Origin: Anolis carolinensis
Lineage: Eukaryota
DNA length: 64,000 nucleotides
Assembly: GCF_035594765.1 (NCBI RefSeq)
Contig: NC_085846.1
Coordinates: 20,881,190 to 20,945,189, forward strand
Direction: 5' to 3'
The position numbers and the translations under genes are program-made. Position 1 is the stretch's first letter; each line of letters begins with the position of its first letter. The notes beneath the pieces are model-generated. The model searched no databases, was not told the DNA's origin, and was given only the letters and a program-made list of their open reading frames with translations. Of the stretch, positions 11,126-24,094 are shown piece by piece.

Positions 11126-12157
11126 TGGTAGGATCACTACCAGTACATCATAATACAATAAAATAAGAATAAAACAGTTAAAATAATTAAATAACATAGT
11201 AAAATACAATATATAAAAATTTAACACAATGCAACACCAAATATATATACCAATCATCCATTAGACCTTGTGCAAAAGCCTAAATCCAATCCATGTCAAT
11301 GCTAACTGAGTTAGATATCTCATATGTGAATGCTGTGAAATAACAATGTGCAAAATGTAATATGTCTTGTTTCCCTTAAATCTATGTCAATTAGGGAGAT
11401 AAACGATACACACCAATGTTCTTGTCATTAAAAAAGCATGATTTCTTAATATATTAAGACAACCATTAAAATTGGTCAACTATACTGTAAACTCCCCTGA
11501 TATTTTTCAATCTAGGCAGAATCTAAATATTTAAATAAATAAATAATACTGTGAGGTGTTTGTCCCCTTTGCAAGAGTGGGAAAGACAACACTTCTACAA
11601 GTGGAAGAAATCAATCTTGTAATTTATGAGAAATATTGTATTCTGAAAAAAAATGCATACTATGTTAAAAAATCAATTTTTTAATAAAAGTCTTTTACAA
11701 AAATACTTTTTGTAAAAGTCTCACTAAAAAGACCAAAATGCACATATTGAAAATGTGCAAAAGCTCACATTTTCACTTTGAGCAAGAAAAAATGAGTACA
11801 GGTTTCTATCTAAAAATATCAATACATATTGATCAATCAACAGCAACTACTCCCCCAACATTGAATTATTAAATCTGTAATTGAGTTGGATCCAAAGTTA
11901 GATTTTTCAACAGGTGAAAATAGAATTCTTCACAACTTTTTCCCGTGCAACTACTACCAACACCAATGAATGAATTTTATTGTAATGGTCACAGACTAGG
12001 AATACAAAACATTAAAACACACACACACACACACATATATATATAAAATCATTAAGATCAATTATTCAAAGCATTAAAAGCAGAAGGACCCCGACAATGT
12101 ACCACTATAATTTTCTTCTTTCTCCATGTTGTCCTCACCATTTACATTAGTAAGGTA

Positions 12158-13001
12158 AGAATCATAGAATCATAGAATCATAGAATAGTAGAGTTGGAAG
12201 AGACCACATGGGCCATCTAGTCCAACCCCCTGCTAAGAAGCAGGAAATCGCATTCAAAGCACCCCCGACAGATGGCCATCCAGCCTCTGCTTAAAAGCCT
12301 CCAAGGAAGGAGCCTCCACCACGGCCCCGGGGAGAGAGTTCCACTGTCGAACAGCTCTCACAGTGAGGAAGTTCTTCCTGATGTTCAGGTGGAATCTCCT
12401 TTCCTGTAGTTTGAAGCCATTGTTCCGTGTCCTAGTCTGCAGGGCAGCAGAAAACAAGCTTGCTCCCTCCTCCCTATGACTTCCCCTCACGTATTTGTAC
12501 ATGGCTATCATGTCTCCTCTCAGCCTTCTCTTCTGCAGGCTAAACATGCCCAGCTCTTTAAGCCGCTCCTCATAGGGCTTGTTCTCCAGACCCTTAATCA
12601 TTTTAGTCGCCCTCCTCTGGACGCTTTCCAGCTTGTCAACATCTCCCTTCAACTGCGGTGCCCAAAATTGGACACAGTATTCCAGATGTGGTCTGACCAA
12701 GGCAGAATAGAGGGGTAGCATGACTTCCCTGGATCTAGACGCTATGCCCCTATTTATGCAGGCCAGAATCCCGTTGGCTTTTTTAGCAGCCGCATCACAT
12801 TGTTGGCTCATGTTTAACTTGTTGTCCACGAGGACTCCAAGGTCTTTTTCGCACACACTGCTGTCAAGCCAGGCGTCCCCCATTCTGTATCTTTGATTTC
12901 CATTTTTTCTGCCGAAGTGAAGTATCTTGCATTTGTCCCTGTTGAACTTCATTTTGTTAGTTTTGGCCCATCTCTCTAGTCTGTCAAGATCGTTTTGAAT
13001 T
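12158..13001 (-). mobile_element. Young 5'-truncated CR1 LINE
   Basis: Stop-free ORF2 C-terminus (IQNDLDRL...[13 protein letters not shown]...RRLRGD...LDGHLSGVL*) and an (ATTCTATG)n tail. Confidence 0.95.
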
Positions 13002-13914
13002 AAAGAGTCAGTACTACCCATCCCCCACATCTCACAAAATATTTAACAAGAAACTTATATCTCACATGTATCATTTAAGTCCCATCTACACCGCCATATA
13101 AATTCCAGTTTATCTGCTTTGAGCTGCATTATATGGCAGTGTAGACTCATATAATCTATTTGAAACAAGATAACCTGGATTATCTGATTTGATAATCTCT
13201 ATTATATGGCAATTTAGATCCAGCCATAGTTGCATCTCTGTGGCTCCAGATGCTATCCTTTAAACCTAGTGTGCCTCCACCCCCAGTATGGTCATTTTCA
13301 TTATCTTATAGACAGGAAATGTTGTGACAGTGATAAGCAGGCATCAATATGGATCTCAAGGGGAAACTCAGGCCTCAGCTACACTGTTGGAAAAAATCTG
13401 GATGCATCTACAGTCTGGAATGAATACAATGCCACAACTCTTTATTTGCCGTAGCTCAAAGCTGTGGAACTTATTCATTTTTTCTGAGGAAATGAATCGT
13501 TGTAATAGCCCATTGAGAAGACACATTCGCTCAAGTAATCCCATTTTTATTTAAAATGACACCCAGCTCTATTGGTTCACATAGCCCAAAGTATATTTCC
13601 CTGTTGCTACAGATCTCATTCAGAGAAAAATACTAGGTCTTTGATCTTCTTTGCCAAAGAGTGGTGGTGCCTCACCAAACTACAACTCACAGGATTCCAT
13701 GGTAGTTAAAGTAATGTCAAACTGCATTATTTCTACAGTGAAGATTGCACATTTGTTCCAACCATTTCTACCATTTCTTTCATGTCTTCTGTTTCTTTGG
13801 AAGCATGAAACAAGAAGCCCCCTCTCCACACAAAAATCTGCTTGACACGAAAGCCTGCTTTTGTGTACATCCAAGCTTGCCTCCTTGCCTTGGAAAGAGA
13901 ATGTATGTGTTGCA

Positions 13915-14183
13915 GGGCATGCAGGCAGGCAGGCCCAGAGCTCGGTTGTAGGTGTGCTCTTGGCCTGCCTGCCTGGATGCCCTGCCACACACACACTCTC
14001 GGAGAGTGTGGTGGGGCATGTGTGGCAGGGTGTGCAGGCAGGCAGGCCGGCCCAGAGCACACCTGAAACCGAGCACCTCTTACTCTAGAGTAGAAACAAT
14101 AGGTGCCAAGTAAGAACAACTTATGCCAGGAGGGGCAGCCAGTGGGTAGGAGCCCCCCCCCCATGGTCCTATTTCCGGCCCTG
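13915..14183. repeat. GC-rich inverted/direct repeat block with a hAT-like terminus
   Basis: GCAGGCAGGCAGGCCCAGAGC at 13921 and 14034, with an inverted copy at 13955-13976; ends ...TTCCGGCCCTG. Confidence 0.4.
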
Positions 14184-14407
14184 AAATGAAAGAACCGAAA
14201 ACAGTCCTCTCAATTTCGGGAAGCTTACAAATAACTGATCAGGGACTCCAAACGAAAGCTGGGACACAAAATGGGCCAAGATTTCCCCTGAATGCACATG
14301 TCTAGTGTAGATGCACCCTGTAGATTCAACTGGTTTAGCTTGGTCTGCCTAATAGATTTCTAAATAAATTAGATATGTCATTTTTGAGAACCAATGTTTT
14401 CCAAAAA

Positions 14408-14730
14408 CAGTAGAGTCTCACTTATCCGAACTTCGCTTATCCAACCTTCTGGATTATCCAAGCTATTTCTGTAGTCAATGTTTTCAATATATCGTGATAT
14501 TTTGGTGCTAAATTCGTAAATACAGTAATTACAACATAACATTACTACGTATTGAACTACTTTTTCTGTCAAATTTGTTGTATAACATGATGTTTTGGTG
14601 CTTAATTTGTAAAATCATATGCTAATTTGATGTTTAATAGGCTTTTCCTTAATCCCTCCTTATTATCCAAGATATTCGCTTATCCAAACTTCTGCCGGCC
14701 CATTTAGTTTGGATAAGTGAGACTCTACTG
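14408..14730. mobile_element. pogo/Tigger-like (Tc1/mariner superfamily) MITE
   Basis: TIR CAGTAGAGTCTCACTTATCC at both ends; right flank TA. Confidence 0.9.
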
Positions 14731-16746
14731 TAGTACTAAATCCTCACCATTACCCTTGGTTCCTAGCTATGTAAATGGGCATTGGTTTAGGTTTTGTTAA
14801 TGCAATCACCTTTCAAATGTTTGTAAACTGCATCTATAGAATGTGAACTAGAATAGGAAAATATCAAATGATAAGGCAGGATTTGTATTTTGCCTGCTAA
14901 GTTTACAGAGGCATTCCCTGAACAGAGAAAGTAAACTTTTTGCTCCCTTGATGATTTTAGGAGGCAGGACAACTTTAGCTTGTAATTCTTATACCCTTCC
15001 ACCAAGTGCATTGTTCTTTCTGAACAGTGTGATTTGACAGCATTGTGAGAATTTCTTACTATAGCTTCTTATTGAAATAGGACTTTTATTGGATTAACAG
15101 ATATTTACTCAGATGAAGTTGCAGCTTAGGTGAGGAGTCAAGATGAGCTGTCTTGAAAACAGTTCCAAGTTTAACTTCATCTTATTTTTTTTAAAACTAC
15201 ACAAGATTTTTAAAAACTGTTCAAGGTATAACCAAATGTTACTTAGAAAATAATGTGAAGCATTCTTTGGAAGTTCACCTGAAACTCAGGTAAATGATGA
15301 ATTCATTTTTACTTGTTTCACTCATTTTGCTTCTCTGGTTTAGCAAATATAAAATATGATTGTACATTACATTTAGCACTAAAATGATGACTGAGAAAAA
15401 TAGTAAGGACAAGGAGAGAAAATCAATGATGGAAGAGACATGACAATAATGAGAGATTTGAATTTAAATTAGAGAAATGTGTATGAAAGATTGACAGCTC
15501 TACAAGTGTTTTTTTCATGCAGAGTGAAGTTTTACCACTTTTCCCATGTCATCACAGCTTTCAATTTGGAATTACATGTCGAGCAGGGAAACTATACGCA
15601 TATGTGTTCAGAAATAACTTAATCATATTTATTTTGCTTACTCTCAACTGTGTTTAGATTTGCAGTCATATGTCATTGAAAAATGTAATGCAGTACAACT
15701 ACTATCTAGAAGTGTAGCTTGATCTTCCCATTGCAATATTCTGTGTCAGGGTCTCTTCTTGAATCATCAAACTTTCTCCAATACAACTTATTGACCACTT
15801 TATAGGACATGCCATTTTGATTTCTTTAGTTATGCAATGATTAAATCAATACCTGACTCATAAGCTTCTATTTCATATAGCAGCAAATAATGTTATTGTT
15901 ATGACAGGTATTGTGATGAATGAGTTTGCATCTAGATTTTGTAACATATAGAAACATGCTAGAATCATTAGGAATTAGGTTAGTCTTGATGTATTATTCC
16001 ATTAATTTCAGTGGATGTATTGACACTTAATGGGTTTAAATCCATTAATCCCAACTACAGAAGCAATTGAAATTGCAGGGTTAGAATAAATGGTATATAA
16101 AATGAAAAGCCTATATGAAATATGTGAGTTATGGGATGTATTACATGCAGAATATAAACTATCAAAACAGCATATGAGTTATGTAGTTTATGAGAATGCT
16201 GAAGATTTGATTAAGATAAAAATTCTTACTAGCTAATAGCTATAGAAATTATTAGGAATAGTAGCTCCTGGTAATGATATATCTTTAATCTGAGATGAAT
16301 TTTCATGAAATGTGAAATTAGCCACATTTATGTGTATTATTCTACATAATATTTTGCATGCAACCCAACTCCAATTTTTCTTTAGGAATGCCAAAGTCAC
16401 ATATTAGCTTTATAGATCATAGTTATTAAAATATTACATTTCTTGTATTTTAGAAATAATTGTGTTAACACTAAATTATAGCAGTAAAATTGTAAGAAAT
16501 AAACATTGTCCTAATATCCTATGGTGAAGTAGAAACCATCTGATATAAATTAATTATTATACCTAATCATAAATTAGTTCAATTTTTTTTAGTGTTTGAT
16601 TTTAGTTATTTTCACTTAGGTTGGACGTTTGAGGGGGTTGCTTTGCTTGTAACCAAGAGGAGCTGGCAGCTCTCACTAACAAACATGTAGATAATTTGTA
16701 GCTCTAAAAATTAGTACAAAATAATTTTAAAGATGAGAAAAATATG

Positions 16747-16756
16747 TCCCTAGGGA
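16747..16756. promoter_or_regulatory. Perfect O/E (EBF) site upstream of OR 17141
   Basis: TCCCTAGGGA matches the EBF consensus TCCCNNGGGA, about 385 bp upstream of the ATG. Confidence 0.4.
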
Positions 16757-17140
16757 TTCTGTTTCTTAAAAAAAATAGTTCATTCCAGCAGCCATGCTAA
16801 AAATTTGAAGACTAAGTTTGCATTTGCTTTCTTTCCAACATAGGTTTGTTGTATGAACTGGTTCTTGCAAATTTCACCTCAGATTGAAGTACAATTTTGA
16901 AAGTAAAACACATTACTGTAGACAAATGAAACAGATAATGGACATAGGCATGGTAACTAAAATCATCAAGCTGCATAACTTTATTACGACATATATCTAT
17001 TCTGCCTTCAGAGTTCTAAGAGCTTTTTTTTTAAAAAAAAAATCTCTTTCTTCCCTAATTACTGTGTCCTCTTGATATATTTTTGAATTGCCATCATTGT
17101 ATTATTCTAACATATTTTTTCTTTTATTTCTTATAGATCA

Positions 17141-18112
17141 ATGGACCATAAGAATAAGAGCACTGCCAAAGTGTTTGTCTTGCTTGGCTTTCCAACTTCC
17201 ATGGAACTTCAAGTGGTTCTCTTTGTTATATTCCTTGTAGCCTACATTTTGACACTCCTGGAAAATGTTATTATCATTGCTGTGATCAAAACCAACCCTT
17301 ATCTTAATAAACCCATGTATTTTTTCCTCAGCAACCTCTCCTTCCTAGAATCATGGTACATTTGCGTCATTGTTCCTAAGTTACTGGTCAACTTCCTAGT
17401 GAAAGAAAATACCATCTCCTTTGAAGGCTGCATGACCCAGCTCTACTTTTTCAGTTCCCTCATCTGTACAGAATGTGTTCTTCTGGCAGTAATGGCCTAT
17501 GATCGATATGTGGCCATCTGCAACCCATTGCGCTATTCGACCATCATGACCCAACATTTCTGCATGCAGTTAGCAGTGGGTTCATGGATAACTGGATTTG
17601 TGGCTTCAATGTTGAAGGTTGTCTTCATATCTCGACTGCCCTTTTGTGGTCCTCACATCATCAACCACTTCTTCTGTGACATTTCACCCTTGTTACATAT
17701 GGCATGTGAAGATATGACAGTGGCTGAAATAGTGGACTTTGTTTTGGCTTTAATAATTCTGTTAATCCCATTGACAGTAACGATCATTTCATACATCTGC
17801 ATTATCAGAACAATTCTGGGTATTCGTTCTGCCCAGGGCCAGAAGAAGGCTTTCTCCACATGTGCTGCCCACCTCACTGTAGTCACAATCTTCTTCTCAG
17901 CTGCCCTCTTCATGTATGCAAGGCCAAAAAGAATCCATCCTTTCAATCTTAACAAATTGGTTTCTGTTGTATATACCATTGTAACGCCAATGTTGAACCC
18001 TTTCATTTACTGTTTGAGAAATCAAGAGATAAAGGGGGCTGTGAAGAAAGCTTTCCGTACCCACCAATCCCTGTCTCAAAACTTTGTGCCTAAGGTTGAA
18101 TGGGTCAAATAA
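17141..18112 (+). CDS. OR6B1-like: Olfactory receptor, family 6 (OR6B1-like), intact, 323 aa
   Basis: N-glycosylation sequon [31 protein letters not shown] and PMLNPFIYCLRN. Acceptor CTTATAG just before the ATG. Close paralogue of the disrupted gene at 7219. Confidence 0.95.
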   Translation: MDHKNKSTAKVFVLLGFPTSMELQVVLFVIFLVAYILTLLENVIIIAVIKTNPYLNKPMYFFLSNLSFLESWYICVIVPKLLVNFLVKENTISFEGCMTQLYFFSSLICTECVLLAVMAYDRYVAICNPLRYSTIMTQHFCMQLAVGSWITGFVASMLKVVFISRLPFCGPHIINHFFCDISPLLHMACEDMTVAEIVDFVLALIILLIPLTVTIISYICIIRTILGIRSAQGQKKAFSTCAAHLTVVTIFFSAALFMYARPKRIHPFNLNKLVSVVYTIVTPMLNPFIYCLRNQEIKGAVKKAFRTHQSLSQNFVPKVEWVK

Positions 18113-18363
18113 TTTAATCAAAAGAAATGTCATTAGCATTTTCTAGCCTTTCCTTTATTTTTCTAGAGAGTGGATTTCTGTGTGTGTTGGGATAATATCA
18201 AAGACAGCCTTTTCACGATATGCTAATACTTTGGCATTACATTTTTGCTGCCAATGGCAAAACAACAGGTGTGAAAGAGAAGTTTTAAGATGGGGCACAA
18301 AGATCTAAATGGTAGCTTAAGTTCTAAACATAGATTTCCAGAAAAAGGGGTGTTTTCATACTA

Positions 18364-18674
18364 CAGTAGAGTCTCACTTATCCAACACTCGCTTATCCAA
18401 CATTCTGGATTATCCAATGCATTTTTGTAGTCACATCATGATATTTTGGTGCTAAATTAGTAAATACAGTAATTACTACGTAGCATTACTGCGTATTGAA
18501 CTACTTTTTCTGACAAATTTGTTGTATAACATGATGTTTTGGTGCTTAATTTGTAAAATCATAACCTAATTTGATGTTTAATAGGCTTTTCCTTAATCTC
18601 TCCATATCATCCAACATATTCGCTTATCCAACGATCTGCTGGCCCGTTTACGTTGGATAAGCGAGACTCTACTG
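18364..18674. mobile_element. pogo/Tigger-like MITE (same family as 14408)
   Basis: TIR CAGTAGAGTCTC(A/G)CTTATCCAAC with TA TSD on both sides. Confidence 0.9.
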
Positions 18675-18752
18675 TATAATTGTGAACAAAGCTCCATGAA
18701 AAATCAGCACAATTCATTCTTATTCTCTGTGACAGCATCCAACCATTCACAT

Positions 18753-19049
18753 AGGCCCGTTCTACACTGCCCCTATATCCGAGGATCTAATCCTAGATTA
18801 CCTGCTTTAAACTGGACTATATGAGGCCCCCTCCACACTACTGTATAAAATCCCACATTATCTGCTTTGAACTAAATTATATGGCAGTGTGAACCCAGAT
18901 AACCCAGTTCAAAGCAGATATTGTAGATTATCTGCCTTGATATTCTGGGTTATATGGGTGTGTGAAAGGGCCCTGAGTTTCCATTGCCAGATAACCTGGG
19001 ATAAACAGATCATTAGATCCTGGGATATAGGGCCAGTGTGGAAGGGGCT
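18753..19049. mobile_element. Harbinger-like MITE containing a nested second Harbinger-like MITE (18825-18973)
   Basis: Inner element GGCCCCCTCCACAC...GTGTGAAAGGGCCC is flanked by TGA/TGA. The empty site is visible in the related copy at 22370-22405. Confidence 0.7.
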
Positions 19050-21008
19050 ATAATCACGTTCCTTTAGACATGTCCAATAGATGGCAGCAAATGATATTGT
19101 TTTTTATAATGAAGAGTGAACTATTCAGAGGAAAAGTCAGAATTACATCAATATCAAATATACTCGACAGAAAAAGCAATTGAAGAGAGGAGCATGTGTT
19201 CTCAGTTTTAATGATATACATGTTCAAATAAGAGAAATGATAATCATTTCCACAATGCAAGAAAGCGACCATTTTCAATAGACAAAAGGTGACTCTTAGG
19301 CCTCTTCCATACAGCTGAATAAAATCCCACATTATCTGCTTTGAACTGGATTATATGCAGTATGGACTCAGATATCCCAGTTCAAAGCAGGTGTTGTTGG
19401 ATTTTCTGCCTCGATATTCTGTGTAATATGCTTGTGCGGAAGGGCACTTAGTTAAGCTGTTGTTGCTTTATACTAAAGGATTCAAAATTGGTACCAACCA
19501 TAGCGCATTGACAAATATCTCTATATCTTACACGTATGTCATCAATTGTCAATAGTCAAACCTTTCAGAGTCCTAAACTGAATTGAACCTGGTGACTCTT
19601 GGAATACCTGGTGACTCTTGGCATATTTTACATCATGACATGATCCAGTTATCTATAATCAGGAACCAGATATTTTTAGAATATTATTTGATGGCCTAGT
19701 AGGTTATGATGGTACTGGGGGCGGGAGAGAGAGTAGAGCAAACACCTATGCCCCCCATTTCTTGAATAGCAGATCTCTGGAGCTGCACCCACCTGTCTTG
19801 TTCCATGGGGGTTGGGAATGAGAGTGTCCTTGGGACTGGTCTGGGGTTTCATGCTCATTCTAGCTCAGGTGAATTGAGGGTTTGACCCTCAGGTTGTCTT
19901 TCCAGGAGATGTCCAACCAGAAAAAAACCCAGATTGCAGGTTCTCTCTGGATCTCATACATTTCATTCAGAGAAACTACGGAGGAAGTCTGGTAGAGAGC
20001 CTAGCTAGGTTATTCCTCCAATTTGCTCTTCTCAAGGAATATTTAAATAGATGATAATTTAAATAAATTGATCCACATTTCAAACCATTTAACATGTGTG
20101 GTCTCATTATTTCATGGATAATAGTTCAGCAATGACACTACCTGTCCATTTGAACCATCTGTCTACTGAATCAAGACTGTTTGATAAATAAATGTGTCTT
20201 CTATTTTCACTAACAAATCTTACCAGTTCTCCATTTACTTCATTCAAATGAAGAATGGGTAATGCATTAAACAATCAAAAACTCATCTGATTGCTTCTTA
20301 AGGACGTTGTTCACAACTCTCTATTTAATAATTCTATGCAGAGAACCAAACTACACTGAAACACGAGTGTCATAAGATGGAACTTGTTTACTGATCTTGC
20401 TAATGATTTCCACAGATGATTGGAACTTGTTTGAGGGATCTAGATGTGTACATTCTCAAAATACAAATACTCCAATGAATCTATTCTGGAAAAGTAAAAT
20501 ATGGATCATGTTCATATTTTGATTTGACATTGGCCAGTTCACACAGTTTCTGGAATCAAACACAGATGCAAACAAACCCTGCTATTAGAATAGATTCCCA
20601 AATGTTATGTGTATGTGCACCATAAGTAAGTTACTTATGGCAATGCTATGTCTAAGCTATCACAGGTTTTTTTCTGATGCTGAGAGTATGTGACTCACCC
20701 CAGGGTCACTCTGTGGGTTTCCATGGCTTAGCAAGGAATTGAACTCTGGTCTCCAGAGCTATAGAACTAAGCCATTTTGTGTCTCAAAAAAGAGAGAAAA
20801 GGGGGGGGGGGGTATAAATCACCTTCATCATTGCCATCACCATCCAAACACATGGACAATTCTCTCTCATTTTCTAATGCACACGCACACTGAATGGTAA
20901 CATTTCAGTCAAGGTAAAATGCTACAAAATGTATTGATTTGAAAATGTGCCCAACAATGTATTCATTAGAAGAAACTTACGTATAAATTAAACACACACA
21001 CATATATA

Positions 21009-21205
21009 CAGTGGGCCATTGGTTTCCACTAAGATTTAGTTCCAGAATCCCATATGAATCCAAATTTGTGTATACTCAAGTTCTATTATATGGCGTTGTA
21101 AAATGGTAAAATCAAGGTTAAATTTTGGGAATTTTTCTTTTTGGAGGGGATCCTTTCAAGCTGAATCTGGGGATATAATATTATAGATGCAGAGGCCCAA
21201 CAGTG
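21009..21205. mobile_element. Degenerate Tigger-like MITE
   Basis: TA-CAGTGGGCC...GGCCCAACAGTG-TA. Confidence 0.5.
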
Positions 21206-22409
21206 TAACAGAGGATTTTATGATATCATTACGGGGTAATTTTTACTAAATTCAAGAGGCTAGTCTTGGAGATAAATAGCAGACATTGCACTGAAATCAT
21301 GTGTTTGTCTATGACATGTCAATCTTCATCATTCAATACATAACTTCTATACCTTTTTTTCTTAAACAGAACTTCATAGAAACTTTTTTCTGATCAACAA
21401 AGTTATCCATCTACACATGTTTCTCTAGACAATCTTATGCAATTAATGTGCAACCTAGCTAATGGGTTCCTTTGTGCACTGTAGTTAGTAATTCAGATAA
21501 TTAAAAAAGTTTAACTAAAGTAATTAACATTTTCAACCTTCTCTTCCCCCAAGGAAGGAAAGCCATGTCAACTCCTCTAAGGGCTATGGAAGACATAAAA
21601 GCCTAATTATAACTTGAAAAGCTCAGGGGCTTTGTTAATGAAGATACAAACCACCTGGCACAAAACAATGTCAGTAAACTATTTGCAGGTGTCTCTGAGG
21701 TCTATGTAACAGGCAGACCGAAGAGAGAAATAAAGTTTAGAGTAAAAAATGCTTAATATGAAAAAAGGCCCCAAGGCCTATTTGGCCAGGAAGAATTTCT
21801 GATGGACAGTGAGAGGATGAGATTTATTGTAAATTGGTGAATACCAGCTTCTTGAATAATAAAGCCAGAAGTAAATTCCGCTACACAAACAAACATGACA
21901 ATGTGTTTCTATGATACAGTGAATCCATTCATGATATTGAATGGATGTGCATGCATTACATTAAAAATTGAAAACAAAGGAAAGAAATATCATGACAGCA
22001 CACTATCTTCCTCAGACATAATTTAAAGAAACATTACATAATTTTACTATAAGTGACACAGAATACTCAGGCCATATAAAATCCAGATTATATGCTTTAA
22101 ACTGAATTATATGGCATTGTAGACTCACATAATCCAGTTCAAAGATGATGATGAGGATTATCTGCTTTGATAATCTGGATTATATGGCAGTATAGAAAAG
22201 TCTCAGAAAATTGCTTGTTTATGGTAGTAGCTGATAGCTGTCATCTCAGATTCCAGATTTTAATTTGAACTAAAGGTTGGAATCTATTTGGGAGGACAGA
22301 GGATGGCATACTGAACAGCCCCTTCTACGCTGGCCTTTATCCCAGGACCTGATCCCAGATTATATGCTTTAAAATGGATTGTATGAGTCTCCACTGCCAG
22401 ATAATCTGG

Positions 22410-23197
22410 AGAATAACTACAATTTGGAATGGAAAGGAATAAAAAAGAATTTGGAAAGTTGGAAATTTTTGAGCTTATCTCTTTTAGGAAGAATTGCTAC
22501 TGTAAAGATGAACGTGTTACTAAACTTATCATATCCATCCCAGACTTTACCTATAATTAGGAATATGCAGACCTTCAAAATATGGAACAAAGATCTTATA
22601 AAATTTATTTGGCAGGGGAATAACAGAGACAGGTATGGATGAGAACAAAGGAAAACTCTTCCATTATCTAACAGCTAGAATGAACTACCCATGTCATTGG
22701 AGGATGAAGGAGATACCAATACCAATCAAAAAAACAATGGATTTTGAAAATAATTGACATAATGAATATGGACACTTTAACACAGATAATGAAAAATAAT
22801 GAATATAAAAAAAGTAAAACAACAGACTAGTCACCAAATAAAGACTATATGAACGAAGAAAATATTAAACTGATAATTGACATATAAGAAGTCCTACAAC
22901 AAAACAATGCCTCTGCATAAGAGACAAAAAAAGGAAAAAGCAGATTAAAATCAGAATGTAAAAAAAACTAAGAAGGAAGTAACCACAATAGAGAAGACTG
23001 GAAATCAAACTCTTCAATCCTCCCACCACTCCACTTCTTCCCTTAAACACTATCTTGTAGATCCCCCTTTAGTGTATAGATACCTAGAAAACATCCAACA
23101 CCCAAATGTCCCTTATCTCTATCCCTCTATAACAATTCTATACTTTTTATTATTTGTAAATATAAACATTCAATAAAAAATCTCTTGCAAAAAAAAA
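22410..23197 (+). mobile_element. L1 LINE 3' fragment with internal deletion
   Basis: [15 protein letters not shown] and KFIWQG (L1 ORF2 post-RT region), then ILKIIDIMNMDTLT, AATAAA at about 23172 and an A-tail. It abuts a truncated Harbinger-like MITE (22318-22410). Confidence 0.75.
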
Positions 23198-23584
23198 TGA
23201 ATTAAACAGGAGAACAAATTTCGCACACATGTCTAGTAGATATATTTTGTCTTTCACATACCTGCTAACACAAACCTGTCACACTTGAGACAGGTAAAAC
23301 CATGCCCCTTAGCAACAGCCAAGCAGTCTCCTCCTTCCTTAGCCACCATCGAAGCAGGTGGCTCCTCCCTTTAGCAACGACACTAGCAACAGCCAAGCAA
23401 TCTCCCTTTAGTAACTGATGTGGGCGGGGCCACAAGGGATGGCTAAGCCCGCCTCCTCGCCACTCAGTTCGGCTTGGTGAGTTACATGAAGCCGAGGATC
23501 CATGGCCTAGCCATGGAAAGGAGGGATACTGAGACTGAAAATCCTTTTTGTGGGCTCTAGCAAGGTGAGCAAGAGGTACCACTA

Positions 23585-23800
23585 TTTATTATATTATTAT
23601 AATTGTATTACATTATCATTATATTTTATTAGTATACTTATATTATTACATTATAATATATTATAACTGATAATTATACTGTAATACAGTTATAATATGA
23701 TATTATAATGTAATAATATAATAAGTTTATATTATTGTTATTATTGTATTACATTATTATATATTATTACAATATTATAATATATTACACAATGTAACAT
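23585..23800. repeat. AT-rich low-complexity (ATT/TAT)n-type tract
   Basis: Degenerate TATTATA/TTACATTAT repeats. Confidence 0.8.
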
Positions 23801-24094
23801 TATGATTTCTGCTCCTAGGTTTATCATTGTCATTATTTCCTAGGGTTCTATCATAAAAACATGGAAAAAGGCTGATTAAGCTGCAAAAATTTTGTTGCTG
23901 AGGTACATCCTGAAGCACATTATATAACAATATTACTATATTACTAATTATATTTTAATTTTAATTTTTTTTCCATGTCAGGAGCGACTTGAGAAACTGC
24001 AAGTCACTTCTACTGTGAAAGAATTTGCTGTCTGCAAAGATGTTGTCCAGGGGATACCCAGATGTTTTACCATCCTGTGGAAGGCTTCTCTTTA

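Noticed and set aside
13651-14164. Overlapping Cys/His-rich ORFs
   Set aside because: Produced by GCAG/CA repeats and inverted repeats; no splice or domain support.
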